The notes under the pieces were generated by a model. The model made no database searches, was not told the origin of the DNA, and was given only the letters and a program-made list of their open reading frames with translations. This document shows, piece by piece, positions 19,293 through 29,957 of a stretch of 64,000 nucleotides of DNA (position 1 is the stretch's first letter; each line of letters begins with the position of its first letter). The stretch lies in contig JAHQWW010000007.1 of the NCBI GenBank assembly GCA_029856365.1, forward strand, positions 1-64,000, given 5' to 3'. The position numbers and the translations under genes were made by a program. The stretch comes from Candidatus Hodarchaeota archaeon. Lineage in GTDB: Archaea; Asgardarchaeota; Heimdallarchaeia; Hodarchaeales; Hodarchaeaceae.

Positions 19293-21284
19293 CTAAACTT
19301 GTTTTTTCAAGTGTTTACGTAACTCTTCACTCACAATCTTTCCATCTATTTTCCCACGGGCTTTTTTCATTACTAATCCCATTAAAGGAGAAAAAGCATC
19401 CATCCCACGTTTTTTTACAAGCTCCTGAGAGGTTTTTAGAACCTCGAGAATTATTGTGTTTAATTCTTCTTGTGACATTTCACCACCGAAGTGATTCACG
19501 ATATCTGTCAATGACTTTGTAGGATCTTTACCAAGATTAGTTAAAATATCTGGAATTGCTTCTTTGGCGAATTTATTCAACACTAGTGCCTCAAAAATTT
19601 TTAATAAATGAGCCTCAGTTATATTATTGATATCAACTCCCTCTCTCGAGATAGCGGTCAAGGTTTGAGTTAAAGTTGTCACAACTGCCTTGATAGGAGC
19701 CCCTTTTTCTATTAATTCTTCAAAAATGTCAGCTTTCTCCTCATAGATTAAAGATTCAGCTAATTCGTTAGAAATAGAATATTGTTTGTTTAGCCGCTTA
19801 ATTCGAGCCATAAAATTTTCAGGTAGATTTTTTTCCATCTTAATAACTCGATTTGAGTCAATCACTATAGGGGGAAGATCTGTATCTGGATACAGCCTAC
19901 TCCTACCATGTAAATCTCTTGTGAAGGTAGAAATTCCATTATCATCAACATGTCGAGTTTCTTGATGAACACCATTGAAAGCAGCAAGTAATCTCTCGTG
20001 TACAAAGGAAAGGGCCCTTTGTGCTTCTTCTTTTTTTCCGATTACAATAATAAAAGCTTTTTTCTGACATTCTTTTGATAATTCATAGATTTCTCTCTCA
20101 GAAAAGTTATATTTCAATAAATCCTCATCACTATGGATTATTCCTTTTAGATTAGTGAACGATTTAACCCGATCGGAGAGCTCTGTTCCAAATCGTTTAT
20201 TTGGCTGCAATTCTCGACTTAATAATCCTTGAAATCCAGCAATAGGAAGCATTAAAACTCTTTTCTTTCGTTTAAAGGCTGATTTAATTATATCAGAAGA
20301 AGTGTCTGAAAAAACCTTTGTAACATCAAAAATCTGAAGAGGAATGTCTTGAGGCTGAATGTTTCGTCTTTGAAGTTCCTTTTGAATAGATATCAAACCC
20401 AGTTGTCTTTGGATTTCGATATCAATAGCAATAGGGATCAATTGAAGTAATTGAATCCCCTTTAACTCAATCCGTTCTCCCTCAGATATACTCACATTTA
20501 CGTCCTGTCGGACTTTTCCTAATCCTTTACGTACTATTCCAGACGATTTGATTAACATTCCTAATGTTTTTGCTGCAGAAACTACTTCTGAAGGGGAACT
20601 TAAGCTATGATCTGTTACGATCTCAATTAATGGTATTCCTAAACGATCTAATTTGAAAAAGATGTTTTTACCCTTGGTTCGATCATTATCCCTACGAGCG
20701 GCATCTTCTTCAATATAAATCCAAGAAATAGGTAATTTCTTTTCCTCAATCATCGAAGGATCTTTCTTAAAGGTTACATATCCATCATAACCAATAAGGA
20801 CTGTTCTTTGAAATCCACAGGGAACAGAACCGTCTAAATAATTCTTTCTGCAAATATTTGTTTCTTCAACAATCTTACAGTTCATCATTTTTGCCAATTT
20901 TATAGAATCATAGAGAGCTTCATCATTGATTGGAAGGGGAGGTGTTTCGTCTAATTCATAAATACAAACACTATCAAAGACTTCATAAAAAATGGTATGA
21001 TCTTTCTTAAACTCAATAAGTAAAGCTGGGTCATACACTCCCATCTCACCTAATACTGGGCGAAACTTACGTTGAACAATAGCTTGTGGTTTCTCATTTG
21101 TCAAGATTGCGGGACAATGACAAAATAATTTTTTTTCGGTAGAAAGCTGTGCGTGAATTTCTAACCCTGCTTTGAAACCCAAATTGTCGTAATCAAACAT
21201 TTTTTCAGTCATTGTGCATCGCATCCAATTGATTACCAAGAATTTGTGAGGAAGATCAAGATTAAAAGCCCAGACTTTTAACAA
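19293..21284 (-). CDS. gatE: Glu-tRNA(Gln) amidotransferase subunit E
   Basis: GLEIHAQL, KLFCHCP, DGS...GFQRT, EEDAAR, LDRLGIPLIEI, RQDVNVSI, RLYPDTD; adjacent to gatD; real start probably near 21212. Confidence 0.95.
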   Translation of the reverse strand: MLKVWAFNLDLPHKFLVINWMRCTMTEKMFDYDNLGFKAGLEIHAQLSTEKKLFCHCPAILTNEKPQAIVQRKFRPVLGEMGVYDPALLIEFKKDHTIFYEVFDSVCIYELDETPPLPINDEALYDSIKLAKMMNCKIVEETNICRKNYLDGSVPCGFQRTVLIGYDGYVTFKKDPSMIEEKKLPISWIYIEEDAARRDNDRTKGKNIFFKLDRLGIPLIEIVTDHSLSSPSEVVSAAKTLGMLIKSSGIVRKGLGKVRQDVNVSISEGERIELKGIQLLQLIPIAIDIEIQRQLGLISIQKELQRRNIQPQDIPLQIFDVTKVFSDTSSDIIKSAFKRKKRVLMLPIAGFQGLLSRELQPNKRFGTELSDRVKSFTNLKGIIHSDEDLLKYNFSEREIYELSKECQKKAFIIVIGKKEEAQRALSFVHERLLAAFNGVHQETRHVDDNGISTFTRDLHGRSRLYPDTDLPPIVIDSNRVIKMEKNLPENFMARIKRLNKQYSISNELAESLIYEEKADIFEELIEKGAPIKAVVTTLTQTLTAISREGVDINNITEAHLLKIFEALVLNKFAKEAIPDILTNLGKDPTKSLTDIVNHFGGEMSQEELNTIILEVLKTSQELVKKRGMDAFSPLMGLVMKKARGKIDGKIVSEELRKHLKKQV

Positions 21285-21535
21285 TAGTTCATTAAACTAG
21301 TTTAACAAAAAACTAGGGACAATCCTGTCTTCAACCAGATAGAATATCCTATATCCTAGAGATAAGAACTATTTTAAAAACAATTTTTGGCTGATTGATA
21401 ACACTATCTGGATCCAAATGGACATATGAATATATATGAAATAATCTCTGATTTCTATTCAGCCTATAAAGTATAGAAGTAAAAATTTTTAATTTCTGTT
21501 CTGTTTCCTACATTCTATGATTAGAAACTTTATTA

Positions 21536-22837
21536 TTGATTGTTCTTGAAGGTAATTTCATGGAAGCGTTAATCCTTACAGCTGGTAAAGCAACTCGTTT
21601 GTATCCTCTCACTAAAACCATTCCTAAACCACTAATACCGATTGCAGGAAGACCATTAATTTGTCATATTCTAGACGCGTTATCGGGAAATATCGATAGA
21701 GTGGTTATAGTTATTGGACATAAAGCAGATTTAGTTAAGCAAACTATAAACCAAATGAACTATCCATTTGAGATCAGTTGGGTCACCCAACAAGAACAAC
21801 GAGGAACTGGTCATGCGGTAAAAATCTGTGAACACTATATTGAATCTGATCCTTTTTTTATGATGTATGGCGATATTTTTACTAGCCAGCGCACAATCAA
21901 AAACATAATAATATTGGGGCAATCTAATGATCTTACAGGAGGTATTTTCTCGGCAAAAAAGGTGAGGAACCCAGAAAAATATGGGTGCCTTGAGATTAAA
22001 AACAATAAATTAGTGAAAATATATGAAAAACATTCAAGTCCACCAAGTTCCTATATTAATGCAGGTATCATGGTTTTACCTTTAATAATCTTTAATTACT
22101 TAACCCATACTTCTGAATCTAGTCGAGGAGAGATAGAACTTACAGAAGGCATAAATCAGCTAATCCAGAACCAAAGAGAATTGTTTTTTTCTATATATTA
22201 TATAAAAGATCACTGGTTTGATATTGGCTATCCTTGGAATCTAATAACTGCTAATGAAGTAGGAATGCAAAAAGCAGAATTCCCCGCAAAATCTTCTTCA
22301 TTCTCTGCTGTAACGATCGAAGGTTCCGTTAAACTTGCAGATAGTGCGATTTTAAGACCAGGTACCTTCATTCAAGGACCAGTCATCATTGATGAAAATG
22401 TTACTGTAGGCCCAAATTGTTTTCTTCGATCAAGCACATATTTAGGAAAAGGTGTTCGGATAGGAAATGGTGTTGAAATTAAAAGTAGCTTGATTCTTGA
22501 AAACACAACGATTGGCCATCTTTCGTATATAGGAGATTCAGTTATTGGAAAAAATTGCAATTTTGGTGCTGGAACTAAAGTAGCAAATCTAAGATTAGAT
22601 AATAACGAAATTAATATGAGAATAAAAGGTGAGTCAGTCTCTACAGGACGAAAGAAACTTGGTGTTTTCATGGGAGACAATGTCAAGACAGGTATTAATG
22701 CCTCTTTAATGCCGGGAATAATTATTGGAGAAAATTCCATAATTGGTGCTCATACTTTAGTTAACCAAGATATTCCCCCGAATACCATTCTTTATTATGA
22801 CCCTTTTCAAGGTTTAATTCAAAAATCTCTCGAATAA
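21536..22837 (+). CDS. glmU: Bifunctional sugar-1-phosphate nucleotidylyltransferase/acetyltransferase (archaeal GlmU)
   Basis: AGKATRLYPLT...PKPL, SRGEIELT, DIGYPWNL, hexapeptide repeats, HLSYIGDS, GRKKLG. Confidence 0.9.
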   Translation: MIVLEGNFMEALILTAGKATRLYPLTKTIPKPLIPIAGRPLICHILDALSGNIDRVVIVIGHKADLVKQTINQMNYPFEISWVTQQEQRGTGHAVKICEHYIESDPFFMMYGDIFTSQRTIKNIIILGQSNDLTGGIFSAKKVRNPEKYGCLEIKNNKLVKIYEKHSSPPSSYINAGIMVLPLIIFNYLTHTSESSRGEIELTEGINQLIQNQRELFFSIYYIKDHWFDIGYPWNLITANEVGMQKAEFPAKSSSFSAVTIEGSVKLADSAILRPGTFIQGPVIIDENVTVGPNCFLRSSTYLGKGVRIGNGVEIKSSLILENTTIGHLSYIGDSVIGKNCNFGAGTKVANLRLDNNEINMRIKGESVSTGRKKLGVFMGDNVKTGINASLMPGIIIGENSIIGAHTLVNQDIPPNTILYYDPFQGLIQKSLE

Positions 22838-22855
22838 TTTAAGGTACGAACGAGT

Positions 22856-24328
22856 ATGAGAAAGATTCGTCTAAAAGAGATAAATGTCATACAAAAATCG
22901 ATTCATGATACTCAATGGCGTATTGGATTAGTGTATCCAAACTCTTATTCGATAGGAATGTCAGGGCTGACAGTCAAATTCTTGTATCATCTATTGAATC
23001 AGCATCGAAACATTTACACTGAACGAGTCTTCTTTTCCGCTGATCTCCCTGGTCCTCCAAGATCAATAGAAACTGGAAAAACACTCACTCAATTTGATCT
23101 TCTAGCTTTTTCTTTTCAATTTGAACTTGATTATATCAATGCCCTTAAAATGTTACTACGATCGAATATCCCCGTTTATTCAAGAGATAGAACTTCCGAT
23201 CATCCATTATTGATAGCGGGAGGCCCAACAGTCACTACAAACCCAGAACCTTTGTTAGATGTTGTAGATGTAATTTTCTCTGGTGAATTTGAAGTAATTT
23301 CGAAAAAATTTCTTGAGGCAATTATTACAAGCAAACACAGTAACATTTTAGAAGAAATCCTCTCAGTTCCAGGATTCTATTCCTCTCATGAGCCTGTAAC
23401 ACAGATAACACCGCTTATAACATCAAATCTCAATGATGTCAATTATCCTACCGCTCAAGTCCGTCCAATTAGTGGATGGAGAGATAGGAAAGGAGTGTTG
23501 GATGGTTACTTTCTTCAGGTGTCAAGAGGATGCGTTCACGGTTGTCATTTCTGCTTAATTGGAAAGATTTTTCGCCCAAAGAGAGAAAGATCATTAATTA
23601 ATTTGTTTGAATTAATCGACAATGGGGCCAAAGAAACTGAAACAAATTTCTTTTCTCTCATTGGGTCGAGTACAGCTGATTATTCTCAAATTATAGATCT
23701 TTTAAAGTATCTAATTGAAAAGGAGCATAAATTCTCCCTTCCCAGTATTAGAATCGATTCAGGAATTGAATTACTAGAACAAATAAGGCGAAGTGGGTTA
23801 AGAAGTCTTAGCATTGCTCCTGAAAGCGCATCAGATGATGTTCGGTTTAAGGTGGGGAAAAAAATAACCAATTCACAAGTTTATGATTTTGTTAAGAAAG
23901 CAGAGCAAAATCAAATTCAGGAACTCAAAATCTACTTTATTCTTGGGTTATCTTCGAACCTAGTCTCAGAATCACATGAAATCATAAATTTTCTCCACAA
24001 TCTAGCTGAATTATGTTCTTCACTTCGACTCAATGTTTCTGTAACACCTCTGATTCCAAAACGTGGAACAAAATTAGAAAACCTATGTGTTAATTATAGA
24101 GAAATTCAGGCAGGTTTCAGGGCTCTTAAAGAAGGAATACCTAGGTCTATACGTCAAAAAATGTTTCCAGTTCACTGGGCAGCAGTACAAGCTATTCTTT
24201 CAATTGGAGGTCGTGAATTAACACCTATCATGATTAATATTGCAGAGAATGGAGGATCTTACCAGAGTTGGAAAAAAAACTTGGATGCAGAACCAATAGA
24301 TTATTATCTTAAGCACTACTGCTTCTAA
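22856..24328 (+). CDS. Radical SAM protein with N-terminal B12-binding-like domain
   Basis: YPNSYSIGMS, FQFELDY, AGGP, SRGCVHGCHFC (CxxxCxxC), IAPES. Confidence 0.88.
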   Translation: MRKIRLKEINVIQKSIHDTQWRIGLVYPNSYSIGMSGLTVKFLYHLLNQHRNIYTERVFFSADLPGPPRSIETGKTLTQFDLLAFSFQFELDYINALKMLLRSNIPVYSRDRTSDHPLLIAGGPTVTTNPEPLLDVVDVIFSGEFEVISKKFLEAIITSKHSNILEEILSVPGFYSSHEPVTQITPLITSNLNDVNYPTAQVRPISGWRDRKGVLDGYFLQVSRGCVHGCHFCLIGKIFRPKRERSLINLFELIDNGAKETETNFFSLIGSSTADYSQIIDLLKYLIEKEHKFSLPSIRIDSGIELLEQIRRSGLRSLSIAPESASDDVRFKVGKKITNSQVYDFVKKAEQNQIQELKIYFILGLSSNLVSESHEIINFLHNLAELCSSLRLNVSVTPLIPKRGTKLENLCVNYREIQAGFRALKEGIPRSIRQKMFPVHWAAVQAILSIGGRELTPIMINIAENGGSYQSWKKNLDAEPIDYYLKHYCF

Positions 24329-24376
24329 GAATCATGTTTTATGGAAGGTTCGATAATGGAGCTTGAAACTAATAAT

Positions 24377-26128
24377 TCATCGAGATTGAGAGTCAATCAT
24401 GGTTTTTGCATCCCGGAGGTATCGAAGAGCATCTCTTATATTTGCTATTGGGGAAATAGTCGCACTTCCAATTCGACTTTTGTGAATATTTTCTAATAAT
24501 TTCTCGGCCAAACCCCGAAAGCGTGGAATAGTATTCGAGGAATCAGCTGTGAGAGTCTCAAGAAGCTCTTCAGCCTCTTCATTGCGCCCCTGTGCTGAAA
24601 GCATAATGGCCAAAAGACATTTTCCCTTCGTACGCTTAGGAACACCAACAAGCTTCTCTAAGCTTTCATTAATCATTTTTTGTGCTTCTTGAAGTATTTT
24701 AGAATCCTCTGAAAGCCGATATTCATTAAGATATACTTCAGCTAATGTGTATAAAAGGGTTGATCGAAAATCAGGGCATTCATCAGTAAGCTTCATTGCA
24801 TTGTGTAATAATGTCTTAGCTATACCAATATTATGGATGTGAAACTCATACTTACCTTGGATATAATTATAATAAGCTTTAGAACATTTTTTTAGATCAT
24901 CAGGGGGCTTTATTGTCTTGAAAAGACCTGGTACTTTATCTAATCTGTTTAGATCGATAAGTAATTCAGCATATTTCAGCTGAACTTCATTTTGAAACTG
25001 TGGATCTTTCAATTCTAATCCTTCAACAATAGAAAGGGCCCTTTGTGCGTGAGCTAATGCAAGATCATCTTGTGATTCTAGGAAAAAAACATAAGCTAGC
25101 CCAAATTCTACTTTTATTTGGTAATTGGAGCAACAATAGTTTTGAGCTTTCTCAAGGACGAGTGTGAAAGTCTCCTTTGCTTCTTGTAATTGCCCTCGTT
25201 CAACAAGAAGCCAACCTTTCTGAATCAAAGGGTAAACGGATAATCCACCATCAATCCCTTTGCTTAGTAATGTTGTCAAGGAGAAAGCTTTTGATAAATA
25301 CTCAGAAGCCTCCTCATGTTTTGCCTTGGCTGCATAATAATTTGCAAAATTTGTATAGGCTATAATCAATCGATTATTAGCACTAATTAATTGAAATTGT
25401 TGAATAGCAGCTTCTAAATGATTTTCAAAGATGTCATCTTCTTCCTTATGAGACATTAGGATGTAAATAAGTCCTATATTTAAGTGGTGTTGAGATCTTT
25501 GTGTTACTTTTAAAGAATTAAAGAGATCTACTTTAGCTTTTTCTATGTCCTTCACAGATGCGAAAGATTGTATTGGAATAAATAAATGCTCATATTTTGA
25601 ATTAGAGTTCAATTCATCTTCAAAAACCTGTTTAGTTGTAAAATATACCTTTTCAAAAGTAACCATTCTATTAGAGTTACTTAATAGGAGAATATATGGC
25701 AAAGCTATATCAAGTAATGCAAACCAATCTTTAGAAGATTCTAATTGAGAAAAACCTTCTCCTATAATTGTGATACCATTGTCTGAATTAATAAACTCTG
25801 TAATTCCCGCCCCAACATAAGATAATAACAGTGGATCAGAATGAGTTTCAGCTTCTCTGATAAGGAATTCAGATTTTTTAGTAAAAAATTCTATATCAGC
25901 CTGAATCCAAGCTAACTTCGAACACAATGCCCAAAGTACGGTAGGTAGATTTTCTTCTTTTTCAATAAGGTGTTGAATAAGGAAGTACCAGTCATCCAGC
26001 TTCGAAACGGAGCTTTTTTTCTTAATCTTCGAAAAATTACTTTTTATTATGTTAATCCAATGACCATTAATACGATCAGTAAAAATAGCGAGCTCTGGGG
26101 GAAATTCTATTTTATTCATTTCAAACAC
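24377..26128 (-). CDS. Tetratricopeptide-repeat protein
   Basis: Repeated helical A/G/Y-patterned units (AYTNFANYY, GLAYVFF, LAEVY). Confidence 0.75.
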   Translation of the reverse strand: MFEMNKIEFPPELAIFTDRINGHWINIIKSNFSKIKKKSSVSKLDDWYFLIQHLIEKEENLPTVLWALCSKLAWIQADIEFFTKKSEFLIREAETHSDPLLLSYVGAGITEFINSDNGITIIGEGFSQLESSKDWFALLDIALPYILLLSNSNRMVTFEKVYFTTKQVFEDELNSNSKYEHLFIPIQSFASVKDIEKAKVDLFNSLKVTQRSQHHLNIGLIYILMSHKEEDDIFENHLEAAIQQFQLISANNRLIIAYTNFANYYAAKAKHEEASEYLSKAFSLTTLLSKGIDGGLSVYPLIQKGWLLVERGQLQEAKETFTLVLEKAQNYCCSNYQIKVEFGLAYVFFLESQDDLALAHAQRALSIVEGLELKDPQFQNEVQLKYAELLIDLNRLDKVPGLFKTIKPPDDLKKCSKAYYNYIQGKYEFHIHNIGIAKTLLHNAMKLTDECPDFRSTLLYTLAEVYLNEYRLSEDSKILQEAQKMINESLEKLVGVPKRTKGKCLLAIMLSAQGRNEEAEELLETLTADSSNTIPRFRGLAEKLLENIHKSRIGSATISPIANIRDALRYLRDAKTMIDSQSR

Positions 26129-26286
26129 TATTATTGTTTTTATTTAAAAAATATTTAGTATGTTCACGTTTTATCGAAAGGATAAAAAGTTTCATGTATT
26201 GACAAAAATACTAAGGAAGATTGAAATTTATTTCTGATTAGGATTGGAAATAGAAAATAATTGTATAAATTATTGGAGTTTGGAAT

Positions 26287-27486
26287 ATGTCTATCCTAAT
26301 AGGCATCGTTGGAAAACCATCGTCTGGTAAAACAACTTTTCTAAATGCACTTTGTGGTACATCGGCTAAAACAGCTGATTATCCATTTACAACTATCCAG
26401 CCAAACCAAGGAGTGGGGTTTGTTACAACACCATGCGTCTGTGAAGAACTCGGGGTAACTTGTGACCCCCGAAATTCAGAATGCATTGATAGAGTTCGTA
26501 AGGTTCCTGTCAAAATTATTGATGTGGCTGGATTGGTTCCGGGCGCATATGAAGGAAAAGGGATGGGAAATCAGTTTTTATCTGACCTTGCTCAAGCTGA
26601 TATTCTCATCCATGTGGTAGATATCTCAGGATCTCTTAATGAGGAAGGAGAAATAGTTGATCCTGGTAGTCATGATCCAATGAAAGATGTGAAGTTTTTA
26701 GAGAATGAGATTGCTGCTTGGATCCGTGGAATATTGAAAAAAGACTGGGATCGTGCTGTACGAAAAGCAGACACAGAGAAAAAGAATATAGTTGATTTTA
26801 TTACCGAAAAAATGACAGGATTAAAAATTGCCAGAACGGATGTATTTAAAGCAATAAATTCAGCCTCTTTGAATACTTCAACCGTAAAAGAATGGACCGA
26901 TGATGATTTACTTCAACTTTGCCATGAAATACGAAAAGCGGGTAAACCAATCATCATTGCAGCAAACAAAATTGATCGGCCTACGGCAAAAAAGAATTTT
27001 GATCGTTTGAAAAAAGAATTTGGAGAAATAATCGTACCAACTTCAGCTCTTACTGATATTGTTCTTAAAAATCTTGTTAAACATAATAAAGTAGAATATG
27101 TTTCTGCTAGTGGGCGTTTAAATCCAACGGGTAGTATGTCCCCTAAAGAAGATTCTATTGTTAATAAAATACAAACAGAGATATTAGAACCTTATGGAAC
27201 CACTGGGATCTTTGAAACGCTAAATAAAGCGGTATTTAATATCTTACAACTTCAACCTATATATCCTGTGGCAGATGTCACTCATTTCAGCGATAATGAT
27301 GGGAAGGTACTACCTGACGTATTTCTTGTCAAAAAGGGTACAACTATCAAAGAATTTGCGGGGATTATTCATCAGGATCTGTTCAAGAACTTCATACATG
27401 GTATTGATGCCCGTACGAACCGTAGAACTTCCGAAAAATACGAATTACAATTTGGTGATGTCATTAAAATTGTAGCTGCTACATAA
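26287..27486 (+). CDS. ychF: YchF/Obg-family translation-associated NTPase with TGS domain
   Basis: GKPSSGKTT, YPFTTIQPN, DVAGLVPGA, GMGNQFL, ANKID, IHQDL. Confidence 0.93.
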   Translation: MSILIGIVGKPSSGKTTFLNALCGTSAKTADYPFTTIQPNQGVGFVTTPCVCEELGVTCDPRNSECIDRVRKVPVKIIDVAGLVPGAYEGKGMGNQFLSDLAQADILIHVVDISGSLNEEGEIVDPGSHDPMKDVKFLENEIAAWIRGILKKDWDRAVRKADTEKKNIVDFITEKMTGLKIARTDVFKAINSASLNTSTVKEWTDDDLLQLCHEIRKAGKPIIIAANKIDRPTAKKNFDRLKKEFGEIIVPTSALTDIVLKNLVKHNKVEYVSASGRLNPTGSMSPKEDSIVNKIQTEILEPYGTTGIFETLNKAVFNILQLQPIYPVADVTHFSDNDGKVLPDVFLVKKGTTIKEFAGIIHQDLFKNFIHGIDARTNRRTSEKYELQFGDVIKIVAAT

Positions 27487-27493
27487 ATCAGTG

Positions 27494-27994
27494 TTAATCC
27501 TTGGTTTTATCATCCATTTGAGAAGGATATCTCTTCTGAATTAGTTTTCGAGTTTTAATTTCGCTAGACTTTCTGTAATAATAATTAGAAGAACGTTTAG
27601 GCCCAAAAGATCGTATTCCTAATGTTTTTAGCTTTTTTGTTAAGTTATCTGCGTTTTCAGGTGAAATTTGGCCTTGCTTAACTAAATAGTCAATTATTTC
27701 TAATCCTTCTTTATTTGTTCTTGCTCTAGCTAAGAAATCGTAAACATTGGGTTCGTAGTTGCTAAAGGGGTCTTGATTTTGCCTCTCTTCATTTAATGAT
27801 AAAGAAGGCACTATATCATCTCCAACTTCATCTATTCTCATACTCATTTTCTTATTGGTAAGTTCTGCATATATCGCTGGAAATTTTTCTCTAATTTCAT
27901 CGATTGTCATGTTCTGGCTTATTGCAAATGATTCTAAAGAGGATTTGTTTCGTAAAAGTTGTTTAGATTCTTTTGAAGTATTTTGGTTATTCAT
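27494..27994 (-). CDS. DUF2095-family protein
   Basis: KFPAIYAEL, YEPNVYDFLARA, EIIDYL..QG.I, GIRSFG. Confidence 0.8.
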   Translation of the reverse strand: MNNQNTSKESKQLLRNKSSLESFAISQNMTIDEIREKFPAIYAELTNKKMSMRIDEVGDDIVPSLSLNEERQNQDPFSNYEPNVYDFLARARTNKEGLEIIDYLVKQGQISPENADNLTKKLKTLGIRSFGPKRSSNYYYRKSSEIKTRKLIQKRYPSQMDDKTKD

Positions 27995-28018
27995 TGATAA
28001 TCTTCCAAATATTTCATA

Positions 28019-28972
28019 TCATTCTAACAATTTAGGATTAACACAAAATTCAGGTTTTTTACTATTCAAGACTAATCTTACCTGTTCAGCTGTGACCTGT
28101 CCAGCTCGTTCTTGCGCTTCTTTAGTGGAGGCACCAATATGAGGGGAAACATACAAGTTCTCAAGTTCAAATAATTTATTTTCTCTTGCAGGTTCGACTG
28201 AAAACACATCCAAGGCAGCACCAGCGATTTTTCCTTTCTTCAGTGCATCATAAAGAGCTTCTTCATCAACAATCCCACCCCGCGCGCAGTTCACAAGGAA
28301 GGCCGTAGGTTTCATTTTTTCAAGTTCATTCTCACCAATCATTCCCCGAGTTTCTTCTGTTAACCACGCATGGATGGTAATGAAATCAGAAACTCGAAAC
28401 AATCTATCAAGGTCATCGGTCAATTCCACCCCTATTTTTGCAGGTACTTCAGGAGGAAGATAGGGATCGTAGACTAGACAAGTCATGCCAAAAATTTGGA
28501 CTCGCTTTGCAACTTCAGCACCAATTCGACCACATCCAATAAAACCTAATGTTTTACCATAGATTTCTGTGCCCATTAATCGTTTTTTTGGCCACTTGCC
28601 AGCTTTGGTTTCATTCGTCGCTTGAACTAAATTACGACTGAGAGCCAGCATATATGCAATTGTTATCTCGGCAACAGAGATGGTAGATGCTCGAGGAGAA
28701 TTAACAACAAAAATCCTTTTTTCTGTTGCTGCTTCCACGTCAATATTATCGACTCCAACTCCAGCTCGTCCAATTACTTTCAATTTACTTTTTTCGATCA
28801 CCTCTCGAGTGACTTTTGTTCCACTACGTACAATAATAGCATCATAATCACTGATTTTACTCAGTAATTCGCTAGGAGAGAAGTGTCGTTCGACTACTTC
28901 AAAATTTTTACTTAAATTTTCAACTGCTGAAGTTATAATGGGATCAGCTATTAAAATTTTGATTGTTATCAC
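28019..28972 (-). CDS. serA: D-3-phosphoglycerate / D-2-hydroxyacid dehydrogenase (short form, no ACT domain)
   Basis: IVRSGTKV, GRAGVGVDNID, GCGRIG, NCARGGIVDE, LDVF..EP, PHIGAST.EAQ. Confidence 0.88.
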   Translation of the reverse strand: MITIKILIADPIITSAVENLSKNFEVVERHFSPSELLSKISDYDAIIVRSGTKVTREVIEKSKLKVIGRAGVGVDNIDVEAATEKRIFVVNSPRASTISVAEITIAYMLALSRNLVQATNETKAGKWPKKRLMGTEIYGKTLGFIGCGRIGAEVAKRVQIFGMTCLVYDPYLPPEVPAKIGVELTDDLDRLFRVSDFITIHAWLTEETRGMIGENELEKMKPTAFLVNCARGGIVDEEALYDALKKGKIAGAALDVFSVEPARENKLFELENLYVSPHIGASTKEAQERAGQVTAEQVRLVLNSKKPEFCVNPKLLE

Positions 28973-29285
28973 TTCCTCAATCCAATAACTAGCTCTTCTT
29001 TTTCATTACGGAGAATTAGCTTCAAAAGAAAGGCGTTTTATACAACTGTAAAAGGTTATGCCTAAAACAATACCCTGAAATTTCAAGGTAGCAATCTAAG
29101 CATTGAAGTAACAATCAAACAATATCAAAAAATACTCAATATTAGATAAATATTGAAAGAAAACTGTAAATGGTTAAGCAAGCATTTAAAACTTTCCCAA
29201 AAAACGTCTGATCCAAGTATCTCCGTTTTGGAATGTTGCTGAGTGAGTCAGAAACTCATATCCGCAGAACCTAGAGGAGGTAATC

Positions 29286-29852
29286 TTGATGAGTGCTTAT
29301 AAATACGTATCTAAATTCTGGAAAGAGAGAAATCAAGACTTTCGAAGATTGCGAATATCCAGATTGATCCAATGGAGGCGAGATCCAACTGTTATTAGAA
29401 TTGAAAATCCGACAAGGGTTGATAGAGCTCGTGCACTTGGATTTCGTCGTAAAAAAGGTTATATCATGGCAAGGGTTCGCGTGCCCCGTGGGGGGCGTCG
29501 AAAATCCAGACCTAAAAGTGGCAGACGCTCAAAAAGAATGGGAATAAGACGTATTACTCCCAAGAAATCCAGACAATGGATTGCTGAAGAACGTTGTTGG
29601 CGTCGATTCCCAAATCTAGAGGTGTTAAACAGTTACCCTGTGTTAGAAGATGGTTTACATCGGTGGTTTGAAGTGATTTTAGTTGATCCTCATGCCCCAG
29701 AAATCTTATCTGATCAAAAAATCAACTGGATTTGTAATAGAAGTAGTCGCGGCCGTGTTGCTCGAGGGAAAACTTCAGCTGGCCAGAAAAGCCGAGGATT
29801 GCATCGCCGTGGAAAGGGAACAGAACACATTAGGCCTTCCTATGATCGCTGA
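29286..29852 (+). CDS. rpl15e: 50S ribosomal protein L15e
   Basis: MSAYKY, WRR, PTRVDRARALG, IAEER, NLEVLNSY, FEVILVDP, RGKTSAG. Confidence 0.97.
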   Translation: MMSAYKYVSKFWKERNQDFRRLRISRLIQWRRDPTVIRIENPTRVDRARALGFRRKKGYIMARVRVPRGGRRKSRPKSGRRSKRMGIRRITPKKSRQWIAEERCWRRFPNLEVLNSYPVLEDGLHRWFEVILVDPHAPEILSDQKINWICNRSSRGRVARGKTSAGQKSRGLHRRGKGTEHIRPSYDR

Positions 29853-29957
29853 CCATTTTCTTTCATTTTTCTATGAAAAAACGTAATATGTGCTTTAATT
29901 CAATGTTGATTTGAATTAAAAGACACAAATTGAGAAAAATTTAAAGAGATTCTTGAT

